DNA of 60,033 nucleotides, the filler included, from Squatina squatina (Eukaryota), in the NCBI GenBank assembly GCA_031763465.1. It is 4 parts of 4 records of this genome, joined end to end, with 100 filler letters (N's around TTAATTAATTAA, not from the genome) between each part and the next. Parts side by side here need not be neighbours in the genome. Positions count along the whole stretch, not along the records: positions 1 to 15,755 come from JARFOE010000001.1; positions 15,856 to 30,343 come from JARFOE010000004.1; 2 more parts are not named here. The stretch is one strand, 5' to 3'. The position numbers and the translations under genes are program-made. Under the pieces are notes generated by a model, which saw only the letters and a list, made by a program, of their open reading frames with translations, did no database searches and was not told where the DNA came from. Of this stretch, positions 13,401 to 23,846 are shown one piece after another. How positions within the stretch are numbered: the first letter of the stretch is position 1; every line of letters begins with the position of its first letter.

Positions 13401-14479
13401 ATGACAGGGTATTTTATGTAATCTGTTATTAAATATTCAAACTGAATATGTATCATTCTTTTCTTTGCCAATGATATTTTCAAAATTGAATGGAAAAGCA
13501 ACAAAAATGTAAAGACTTGGTACCACTGATTACTGTCTGTTCCTAACAGCCTGTCAACTTGTAACTTTCCTATTAAACAATACCCCATTAATACGTTAAT
13601 CTGGTGTGGAGAGCATGCCGGAGAAAACTTGGCAGCATTAATCATGCCCAAGTGTGCATTTTGGAGGCATGCCAGGATAAAAAGATCTGCCTTCAAGCAG
13701 TGGGTTNNNNNNNNNNNNNNNNNNNNNNNNNNNNNNNNNNNNNNNNNNNNNNNNNNNNNNNNNNNNNNNNNNNNNNNNNNNNNNNNNNNNNNNNNNNNNN
13801 NNNNNNACCAAGAACACTCATTTGTCTTTTTGTGGGAGGGGGGCTGATGGGGGCATTCCTGAACCTGTGCCAACAGCCAGTCAGGAACTCTCAATGCACC
13901 ACCACACTGTAGTATAGAGGTTTCAAGTTCTGCTCCACACGGTGTTTATATGCAAGATCAAGATCCGTTCTCTCTGTGGTCTTTTCTCCTTCCTTAGTCT
14001 GGTATAGATTTCTCAATTTGTGCCTCATTTTAAAAGCCACGCAAATCTGCCCTTCCTTCCTTGCGCCCTGAGTGACATTGATTGACACTCGCTGTTATTG
14101 AGTGTTTTCTTAACTCTTCGAGAACTAAAGTTCGTTCACAGCTTGCCACACGCGAGCATGTTTTTTAACACCAAGGGTCTACAAAAATGTCATCCAATGC
14201 AATTATAGACCAAATATTCCATTGTAGTGAAACATCCCTTTTGTGCAACAATATGCACTGGTTAACATCGCAACCTAGGAAAGATTATCGAATTTCACAC
14301 ATTGAAATGCAATTTTAATCTTAGTTCATATTAATATCCTTCAACGCTGTAACATTTGGTTAGAATCGATGATGTAGTAGTGCTATCAGTACTAACAGAG
14401 AGGAGGTGCATAGACATACACACCTACAAAGAAATATTTTTAATTAATCACATATTCTGCACTCCTGATGACATTGCTA

Positions 14480-14830
14480 AATGCACTGCCCGATGCGGAA
14501 CTGAGCTGTCCAACCAGGTTCCATCCCAGTAAAATGCTGAGCCTGCTGATCTCAGTCAACCTAGAGGTAAGAACAATAGGTCCCCGGACTACAAAAGGTA
14601 TAAATGAGCCACAATTTCCTATTTCTGATGACTATCTGATGACTCCTACTGGAAAGTGCGTTTGTGTGAACAGTGGATGAGAACAATATCAGTCTCAGCC
14701 TTTTGTCTCCATCTGTCAGGTCAAATTGGCAACCCATTCTCATTGTCTAGGCCCGCACATGTAAATGCAATTAGATGAAGTACTGGAGAGCTACTAGTGC
14801 CCATGGAACCCACACCTGTCAGCATCTGCA
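14480..14830 (+). mobile_element. Old SINE, LF-SINE-like
   Basis: Degenerate tRNA-like head and body (tttcctatttctgatgactatc...actggaaagtgcg); a similar body lies on the minus strand near 45050-45280. Confidence 0.35.
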
Positions 14831-15099
14831 AGAGAAAAAGGAGGAAAACAGCTTAACATATTCAATGAACAATGTAATCTAAGTGTCACTCAGCTATGAC
14901 TGGCAGCCAGTGCTTAACTACCATATTACTCCCATGAGACCTAGAAGTCATTTTTTAAAAATTATTTCTTTGTTATCATTTGACTTACTCTTATGAATTN
15001 NNNNNNNNNNNNNNNNNNNNNNNNNNNNNNNNNNNNNNNNNNNNNNNNNNNNNNNNNNNNNNNNNNNNNNNNNNNNNNNNNNNNNNNNNNNNNNNNNNN

Positions 15100-15300
15100 A
15101 ATTTAGAGACCGTGGAGGGGTCGAGAGAGGTGGTAGTGAGGTAGAGCTGGGTGTCATCAGCGTACGTGTAGAAGCTGAAGCTGTGTTTTTGGATGATGTC
15201 ACCAAGGGGCAAAATGTAGATGAGAAATAGGAGGGGGCCAAGTATAGATCTTTGGGGGACACCAATGGTAACGATGCATGGGCGGGAAGAGAAACCCTGG
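15100..15300 (-). mobile_element. L2-clade LINE reverse transcriptase fragment
   Basis: [24 protein letters not shown] (YADD motif), preceded by a GVPQ-SILGP-like segment. Confidence 0.85.
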
Positions 15301-15799
15301 AGGAGTGTTGTATAAGGACCATTTTCCTGGATTTATACCGATCTTCTGCCAGAGTTACAGCCGATGATCGGGAAAACCCCCATGCAAATTCTAGGCGCCT
15401 GTGTGTATCTGGGATTTGCTTTCTGTATTACTGAGTCTTTTGCTGTCCTTGTTTGTGGTTTACTTTTTCTGTCACTTGTGTGTATCTGCTTTTCTCAGCC
15501 AATGTTATCTGCTTGTGATGTACTCTTCTTGGTCATTGGTTCCTGCTCCTGATCTGCTCCGCTCTCTGACCTGGCTGCTCTCAGTCTGCTAATATTTGAG
15601 TCTACTAGAGTAAATATGTTAGTTATTGTGAAATAATGTGCATTGGGACACAGTACATTTGCAGCCATGCACTTAGTTACTAGCAATGAATCAGTTCAGT
15701 GGTTTACAGACCTCTCTATGCACTATCTGGCAGCTGGGGAATTGGATTAATGAACNNNNNNNNNNNNNNNNNNNNNNNNNNNNNNNNNNNNNNNNNNNN

Positions 15800-15811
15800 T
15801 TAATTAATTAA
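15800..15811. other. Artificial scaffold linker TTAATTAATTAA
   Basis: Exactly 44 N on each side; stops in all six frames; same construct at 30388 and 47244. Confidence 0.95.
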
Positions 15812-15855
15812 NNNNNNNNNNNNNNNNNNNNNNNNNNNNNNNNNNNNNNNNNNNN

Positions 15856-15965
15856 GGAACGGAGTTTATGGCGGGGACCAAAAACAATGGCTTTGGTTGT
15901 CCCAATATTTAATTGGAGGAAATTTCTGCTCATCCAATACTGGATGTCAAACAAGCAGTCTGACA

Positions 15966-16005
<40 letters not shown>

Positions 16006-16330
16006 TTAGTGGAGGGGTCGAGACAGGTGGTGGTGAAGTAGAGCTGGATGTCATCAGCGTACATGAGCAAACTGACGCTGTGTTTTTGGATGATTTCTCC
16101 GAGGGGCAGCATGTAGATGAGAAATAGGAGGGGGCCAAGGATAGATCCTTGGGGAGCACCAGAGGTAACGTTGTGGTAATGGGAAGAGAAGCAATGGCAG
16201 GTGATTCTCTGGCTACGATTAGATATGCAAGAATGGAACCAGGCGCATGCAGTCCCACCCAGCTGGGGAGGNNNNNNNNNNTAAAGGCTGCAGACAGATT
16301 GAGAAGGGATAGTTTAGCTTGGTTAGTCAT
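15856..16330 (-). mobile_element. L2-clade LINE RT fragment with internal (GA)n microsatellite at about 15968-16002
   Basis: [25 protein letters not shown] and LLNLSAAF motifs. Confidence 0.85.
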
Positions 16331-17029
16331 ATAGCAAATCTATAGCAGTCCTCATCTCAGGACATTCTCCTCCACCTGCCATGGAGATTCATTTCATTCA
16401 AAGCTTAAAAGAACAAATGCTGACTGCTCTGGCTTTTGATTATTACCCTGGCATATTGAGGAAAATTATTGAATAGATAAACAAGTAATTTACAGATAGC
16501 TGAATAAGCAAGCATTTGCAAACTATTTTACAAATCCACCAAATATTAGAGGCTTTCTTGGAGAAACTTTTCTTTGGTGCAGAAACATGATATTTGTGTA
16601 AAGAAACACCTACCAGCAGCTGGTGTGTGCAACCTTCAGCAACTGAACAAAGCGATCCACTAATGGCATGCAGATAGGCCCAAGCAATAATTCAAAATTC
16701 GGCTGCATTAGCTCACTCAAGCCCTTCATGTAGCTGCTCTCACAACAGTATACCTTGTTGTGTGGAGTCACCATGTATGGTATAAAACTGTAGTTTCCAC
16801 AGGATGTCTGTAACAAAAGGTATAGTTGCACCATTGTCAGAAACATAATATTTCCTCAAATTTCACTAAATTTGATAAGTCCACTTTATTTCCCCTCACC
16901 ATTTCTTTTGTCTCCAAATAACACATCAAAGGTAACTTTGATACACTGTATACGGATAATGTTTGCCACTGAAAAGTGTATTACGGAATTTCACATGGGT
17001 TTCAAACAGGCAGCAAGGACTATTTTCAA

Positions 17030-17802
17030 ATGGACCAATGCAGGGTATAACGTATTTAGAAAAGCGAGAGGGGGAAAAGGGGGAGATGGAGTAGCTGTAC
17101 TTATTAGACCTAACATAATGGCAGTAGAAAAAAGTGATGCAGCTATCAGCAAGACAAAAATAGATTCCATATGGATAGACACACAAGATAATGAAGGATC
17201 AACCACACTAATAGGTGTAGTCTGCAGACCACCTATTAGTGGAAGGGAAGCGGAGGAAGAAATATACAGACAAATTAGGGAAATGAGTAAAAAAAAAGAA
17301 CAATAATCATGGGGGATTTCAACTACCCTGTTATTATTTGGACAGAAGAGGTAGGTAAAGTGGATACAGTTCATACAATATGTACAGGACTCCTTTCTAA
17401 CCCAATATGTAAAAAGCCCAAGAGAGGATTCACTATTGGATCCAGTAATGGGGAATGAACTAGATCAGATAAGAGAAACAAAAGTAGGGGAACATCTCGG
17501 CAATAGTCACCATAATATAATATGCTTTAAGATGACAATTGATAAGGTCAGAAGTATGACAAAAACCAGAGTAATAGATTGGAGAAAAGCTGATTTTGAG
17601 GGGCTGAGAATAGAACTTGGGAAAATAAAATGGGCAACAGTATTGGCAAACAAACCCAAGGAAGAACATTAATGGGAAACATTTAAAATGGTGTTCAATA
17701 GAGCGCAGGAAAAATATATTCCACTAAAAAGGAAAGGGCAAACTAAACATTAATGAGACTCCAAGGATGAATAAAGCTATGAGGGCACAATTGTGGGTAA
17801 GG
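17030..17802 (+). mobile_element. CR1 LINE ORF2 AP-endonuclease region, degenerate
   Basis: GYNVFRKARGGKGGDGVAVLI, IGVVCRPP, IMGDFNYP and VGEHLGNSHHNII motifs spread over frameshifts. Confidence 0.85.
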
Positions 17803-18342
17803 NNNNNNNNNNNNNNNNNNNNNNNNNNNNNNNNNNNNNNNNNNNNNNNNNNNNNNNNNNNNNNNNNNNNNNNNNNNNNNNNNNNNNNNNNNNNNNNNNN
17901 NNTGGGGAAAGTTTAAAAAAAGAACAACGGAGAAACAAAAAGGTGGAAGTTCGAAGGAAAACAAAAAGATTGATAATCAATAACGCAATGTGGAAAAAAT
18001 AATTTGGGAGAAAAATGCTTTTTGGAGGAAAACAGCTAATAAAAATAGGTTGAGATGAAAATTAAATAAAAGACAGAAAAACAAACAGTAAATCAAATAG
18101 ATAGTTGGGTTGGTGCCTAGGATAAGTACCGGTGACTTGGAAATGGTGGATGGATTTCTCGTTTCTTTCCAAACAATTTCCACCACTGACAGTATCACTC
18201 ACGTTTCAGTGAAAAAGTGTTTTTTAAAGTTGAGAACAAATTTATTTCTGTGATGGGTGACGCGACCTTTTATACCATTGTAATATTCAATTTATTACCC
18301 ACAACACACCGAGAAATATGAGCCAGTGCCACCTAACTTTAC

Positions 18343-18482
18343 CTGTAGTGACTGAAGTGTGTCTGAATTTGTATCACAGTATAAAATAATGTTATTTGCC
18401 ATACTGAAGCTCTCCCGCACTCCAAGATGGTAGAACAGGGAAGGTTGACGGAAAGCATCACTCATCTCCACCACAGCGATAT
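18343..18482 (-). CDS. MAP3K5: MAP3K5 (ASK1) exon 2 equivalent
   Basis: tttgtttgcag|AT...CTACAG|gtaaag; DIAVVEMSDAFRQPSLFYHLGVRESFSMANNIILYCDTNSDTLQSLQ; lies next to PEX7 in divergent orientation as in other vertebrates. Confidence 0.93.
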
Positions 18483-19129
18483 CTGCAAACAAAAAAATGG
18501 CAAAGGGACTAAATTCTGGTTAAATACTGTTTAAAAATTATATTATTAAACAGGCAAGAGAAAGAAACTTGGGTGAATCCCAATTCTTTGATGTGTATCA
18601 TCCATTTGGAACCCATGTTGGGGGCGGGGAATTATTCTGCAGCACTGTGAAGTCAATGAAATCTCCAAATGCCACGGTCATTGACATTAGAAAATGAATC
18701 TTGGTACGCTTTATTTGTTCCATTGGTTTGTCAGAAAGCATGTTGGTCAATTATGGTAAAAGAAAACTTGGACATCACAGTTCTCTCGCTTTTCTGTGTA
18801 CATCGATGACGCAGCACAGCTGCATGAAACCGAGCATTGTCAAACAACAGCTCTCATCACTATGCACACAGCAAAACAAGTTATATATACAGAAATGCAA
18901 AAATACTGAAACACCGCATACAGAGCAAATTTTGGGTTTCAAATACTGCTGATGATCTGATTATGTTGGTTCAATGCTATGGAGACTCAGTTCTTTATTT
19001 TTTGGCCAGTATGCCATGAATTGACAACANNNNNNNNNNNNNNNNNNNNNNNNNNNNNNNNNNNNNNNNNNNNNNNNNNNNNNNNNNNNNNNNNNNNNNN
19101 NNNNNNNNNNNNNNNNNNNNNNNNNNNNN

Positions 19130-19563
19130 ATGAGGGGGACCAGGAGGAGAACCATACTTCTCATTTATCTTATTTCATTCACAGAACTACATCTTCACAA
19201 AATATTTCTTGTCTGTCTCATTCGTTCTCTTTTCATTCCAAGTAACGACTGCACTTACTCGACTGACGGCTGCTCGCCTTATCTCACTTCTTGTAATAAG
19301 CTTTTTCCAACTGTCTTTGTTTCTGCCAGACCTCTTTATTGCATCAGTCAGCTTGGCCTTGTTAAGCAGCTAATCAACTTTTAACCCCTTCAGTCCTCAC
19401 TTTCGGCCTTTGGTGTAAGCTCAAGATGGCCAACTAATGGATCCAATTACCTATCACTCCTTTTACTTATCCCCTTCACCTGCCCATGCTCCTCGCCCCA
19501 TCACTGCTGGCCAGGCAGGTGGCTGGATTTGCACGGGTGTGGCTACTTAGACTATGTCTAACA
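19130..19563 (-). mobile_element. Putative 3' LTR of the env-bearing retroelement (distal end probably lost in the gap)
   Basis: Starts TGTTAGAC directly after a purine tract; AATAAA at 19340-19335. Confidence 0.6.
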
Positions 19564-19580
19564 TTCCCTGCTTCTATCCC
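19564..19580 (-). other. Polypurine tract (PPT)
   Basis: GGGATAGAAGCAGGGAA immediately 5' of TGTT and just downstream of the env TM/tail. Confidence 0.6.
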
Positions 19581-19639
19581 GATTTGTACTGTGTTTTAAC
19601 AATGGCTTTAGCAATGGTTCGGTTACGGTGTCATTTACA

Positions 19640-21688
19640 TCAGGTACAATACTCAAACATAAATATGATGACAATTAGCAACTGCACCACCACCAATACA
19701 TAAGATGTAATTTTGATCCAGGGGTGAATGTCCACCCTAATACCCCAGTCCCAAATTGTCCACCACCATGAGTCATCTTCCAGCTTGGTCTCTACCTCCT
19801 TCCCCAGTTGTTTGACTTCTCGCTCAATTCAGTGATACTGCTTATTTACCGCCCCGGCCTCGTTCCTCAGTTCCAGCAGGTGTTCTGGCAGTTTCGGGAT
19901 GTCCTTCCCCTCAGGGGGTACATATTCGAGCACCCTGTCCTTCAGGTGCTCTGTTGGACTCGCCTGTTCCTCGTGGGGCAACCGTAGGTAGGTTATGGTT
20001 GCCTGTCCGATCGTTGTAGGGGCCCGGGGGCAGAAGCAGAAATTTGAGCTGGTCACTGGGCACTGGATGTTACCATGCTGGTATTGAGATTCACTGGTGG
20101 TCACACAGTATTCTCCTTTTCCCCGGTGTGCTGCTCGTGTTGGCTCATGGCGGGCACTGGAAATTTCAAGGGTACAGCTTAGGGTGGTGTTGAAGCCGCA
20201 CATGGCTCTTGGCTCAGTCCCCATGGGATGTGGGCAGACTACTTTACTCCCCCTCTCTCTGCATCCCTCTAGTGAGATCCCTGTCAAGAACGAATCTTTT
20301 TGGGTTGCATATGTGGATGTGTGGTGGTATCTGAGCCAATTGCCATCTCTTATGATCCCAACATTCTTTACCTCATAGAGGGGCTTGGATTCCCTTTCCT
20401 GCAGACTGGGAACAGCTAAGACTATTCCTATCAGCCTCAGGTGAGTGGTAACACAATGTTTAGTTGCTGGGCCGACCCTTATAAGTCCTCGTAGGGTGCA
20501 CGAAGAGCAATTGCCGCTCTCCGGTGCCCAGCCTGGCAGTGTATTATCCGTAATCCAATCCAGCACATCTCCTCTGTGGAGCTGTGCTAGATTATGTCGC
20601 ACCTCCCCTACTAGCCATGTACCATAGGCCATGCACATTCACTCTCTGGCGGTCTGAATGATTACGTTATGGAGGGTGGTAACGATGTGATTAACTGTGT
20701 TGGCATGGTTTTCCAAGACTTGCACAGACTCTAATAGGGTTTTAGCCAAGTCTTCTCTGGCCTGTCCCTGTTGTCCCTCCAAGTTACTTGCCCTTAACAT
20801 GAGATCCCTTAGTGTGGATGTTAGATGATTCAACTTGTTATCGATTCCCGCTATATCCAGGGAATTAATTGTGGCTGTCCCTGAACTATAGCCGGTGGCT
20901 ACTTCCTTTGCCAGGTCCCTTTTGCAGCAAGATAGACTCGACCGCACACGCCCCCCAGAGGCCTGGATGGTATCAGTGACTGACTTAATCGAGGAGTTGC
21001 TGATAAATAAGACCTTGCACCACTCAGGCAACCCCATCTGGCTAATATTGAGAATAACCAAAACTATCTCATGGTGAACATTCTCAAACAAGCGCCTATC
21101 AGAATCCTGGATCACGAGTCCCCGTTGGGGTCCAGAGCTATGCGGCAGACACCACAAGGGTTCCTTCATTATCAACGTTGTGGACTTTGGGGTTGCTGTT
21201 ATCAGGGAAGTCAGTGATGTTGTGGTGGTGGGAGTATCTCTGACGTTCAGCTCCCAACACTAATCCTCAGAATTAGTGCATTTGGAGGTTGGGCATGCTT
21301 CCCACCCTCCTTCTTCTTGTTTGGGTACCCCGGAGATCTAAGTGTAATCCTTCTCACATCTCACTTGCACGGTTCCTCCCTGTACGCATGTCAATGTATC
21401 ATCACTCTTCTTCCTTAAGCATATCATGCTTATGTTTTTCCACTTAATAACCATCCGCGTTTTACACGTCTCCCCTGCTTCGCCTGGCTCGTCATCAGAT
21501 ATGCTTATGCCCGTTAACCCGGGGCTACAATTTAAATACATTGGTTTATCAACTGTGACAGTTAGCGTCCCACTCTCCCACTTGCAGCTGCCGTCGCTCA
21601 AGATCTTGTAACACAAGCCTTGTTCCTCCCTTCCGGTCGACCGGTTTGGCTCCGTAATTGCCAGACATATCAGTAGCGCTACGAACAT
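19640..21688 (-). pseudogene. env: Endogenous retroviral envelope gene, class I fusion protein with Mononegavirales F-like (lokiretrovirus-type) layout; one frame, 4 internal stops
   Basis: ORFs 21338-21688, 20639-21175 and 19829-20638 share one frame. Signal peptide MFVALLICLAIT; 7 N-glycosylation sequons; KR|DLAKEVATGYSSGTATINSL followed by heptad HR1; Cys-rich region; HR2 IEREVKQLGKEVETKL; Trp-rich SWWWTIWDWG; TM ITSYVLVVVQLLIVIIFMF. Confidence 0.85.
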
Positions 21689-21695
21689 CGTGATC

Positions 21696-21707
21696 CTGTA
21701 AAGAGGG
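21696..21707 (-). promoter_or_regulatory. Putative env splice acceptor
   Basis: CCCTCTTTACAG|GATCACGATG, 7 nt upstream of the env ATG. Confidence 0.55.
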
Positions 21708-22230
21708 NNNNNNNNNNNNNNNNNNNNNNNNNNNNNNNNNNNNNNNNNNNNNNNNNNNNNNNNNNNNNNNNNNNNNNNNNNNNNNNNNNNNNNNNNNNNN
21801 NNNNNNNTTCATTAGTTTAAAGATGAGGTAGCACTAAATATTTAATTTGACCTATTTTGGTTTCATAGTCCACTGTTTCAGTATTTTGTTTCTTTAAACT
21901 TAATTTCCATGTTACTTTCTTTTTTCCTTTTTTGAGTTTTTAAAATTTCCTTTCATAGTGCCTTCCTTTCTCAAGTCAACAACATTGTTCTTCCCTCGCG
22001 CCTTTTTTGTTTTCTGTGCAGAGAAGCTCTACATTTTTTGTGTGTCCCAGTTTTGAGTGTCTGGGAGACTGGTGATATTTGCACTATAAATGTGAAAATT
22101 AATATTTGTGCATTCAGGTCTTTGTGAGTACAAAAGCGCAGCTATCCAGCATGCAGGGGACATTATGCGCACTCGTAAGGAAATCAAGTTTGCAAAGAGC
22201 CTACTTTAAATAAGGTATTCTTCTGTTTAG

Positions 22231-22381
22231 TTTTGACTGGAGTGATAGTCTTTTTGACGTTACCTGGAGTGAGAACAATGAACATGTCCTGGTCACTGGA
22301 AGTGGTGATGGATCTCTGCAAATGTGGGACACAGCAAACCCTACTGGACCCCTACAAGTATTCAAAGAACACACTCAAGAG
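22231..22381 (+). CDS. PEX7: PEX7 (PTS2 receptor, WD40) exon 3 equivalent
   Basis: ttctgtttag|T TTT GAC...GAG|gtaaaa; [50 protein letters not shown]. Confidence 0.95.
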
Positions 22382-23732
22382 GTAAAACAATATTCATTGT
22401 AAAATTGAATTAGCAAATTCCCAGTTTGAATGAATTGTAGACTTAACGTGGTAATTTATTTGACGTGAAGAGGTTTCAGACTGCCAAAAGTTCAACCTGT
22501 TATTTAAAAATGTTGTCATGTTCTTTGTCAGAGTTTAATGGGCCAGAAATTGCTGCAGTGGCNNNNNNNNNNNNNNNNNNNNNNNNNNNNNNNNNNNNNN
22601 NNNNNNNNNNNNNNNNNNNNNNNNNNNNNNNNNNNNNNNNNNNNNNNNNNNNNNNNNNNNNNAGGGAGGGAGTGAGTCAGTGGAACAGATTGTCCTTGAA
22701 ATTCTGCGAGATACAATTCCAGCAATCCTGGCAATTGCACCCACCAGTGCCCTCCTACACTGGCCTTCACTGAGAGGATCTTGGGAGGGCAACTTATTTG
22801 CATAGGGCAGACGGGTGCATGCAGCACTTAACGGCACATCTTAGCCTCCTTTCTGCACCATGTCAGTGGAAATTCAACTGCCTGCCTGTGAGGGGTTTGC
22901 CCAGGCACTCGCCTTACACCTGACAATGCTCTGATCAGCCGCAGAGCAAGTGGGACTGTTCAAGAATAAAATTATTTTTAAATCTGCTTTTTCAGGTGTT
23001 TGGACCATTGCTCGGTCTCGCTATCATTGGGCAGGTCCACACGTGCTGTTATGCTCGCTGGTACACCTCATCATTCTCACCATTCCATCTGCCACTACCG
23101 CGTCAAGGCCCATGTGAGCTCAGGAGCAGGAACTCTCGTGATTTAGAATCCCCGTCCCTGTGTCTACCTTAACTCACCCTGCCCTCCCCCGCCAGGTTGG
23201 TCATTTGCCTTGTAAGGGGCTTATGGAAGTTCCACCCCTTGCATAGTAATCAGGAAACTCCAGGAAATGCTGGGGACTCCAAGTAACCAATTCTCCAATG
23301 CTTCCTTGGGGCTATGATAAGGAGACCAGTAGAACCTCATGAGATTTTGTGGCCAACATGTTTAGCATGGTTGATGAATCTGATGAGGAATCAGCATTGC
23401 TCAGAGCTGAGCTGGCTCATCTGTTTTGCCAAGCTTATTTTTGGTAAGCTGACTTGATTGGAGGAAAATAAAAGAACAATGTGTATTGTTCATATAATTT
23501 CAGGCGACAATACTCTGCGAATCTGGGATGTAAAGACAGGAGGAACTAGAATAATAATTCCTGCTCATCAAGCAGAGATATTGACCTGTGACTGGAGTAA
23601 ATATGATCAGGTATGGATCAAGATTTCTATTAATTAAATAAATCTGTTGTAATTTGGTAGTTTCTAACATTGTTATTAAAAGCAAAAATGGAAATTGGTC
23701 TAAAGTATACAATTGCATTATATTTAACTCAG

Positions 23733-23846
23733 AACTTGCTTGTTACTGGAGCAGTTGACTGCACTTTAAGGTGCTGGGACCTAAGAAATATCCGACAGCC
23801 AGTACATCATCTCGCTGGCCATTCCTATGCTATCCGAAGAGTCAAA
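23733..23846 (+). CDS. PEX7: PEX7 internal exon
   Basis: actcag|AAC...GTCAAA|gtaagt; [38 protein letters not shown]. Confidence 0.95.

Noticed and set aside
13891-14088. 65-aa minus ORF (MRHKLRNLYQTKEGEK...)
   Set aside because: No recognisable homology or convincing splice sites
20097-21611. Plus-strand ORFs over the env region
   Set aside because: Antisense shadows of the env frame
19640-21688. Domesticated syncytin-like gene
   Set aside because: Four in-frame stops and a degraded furin site show this copy is non-functional
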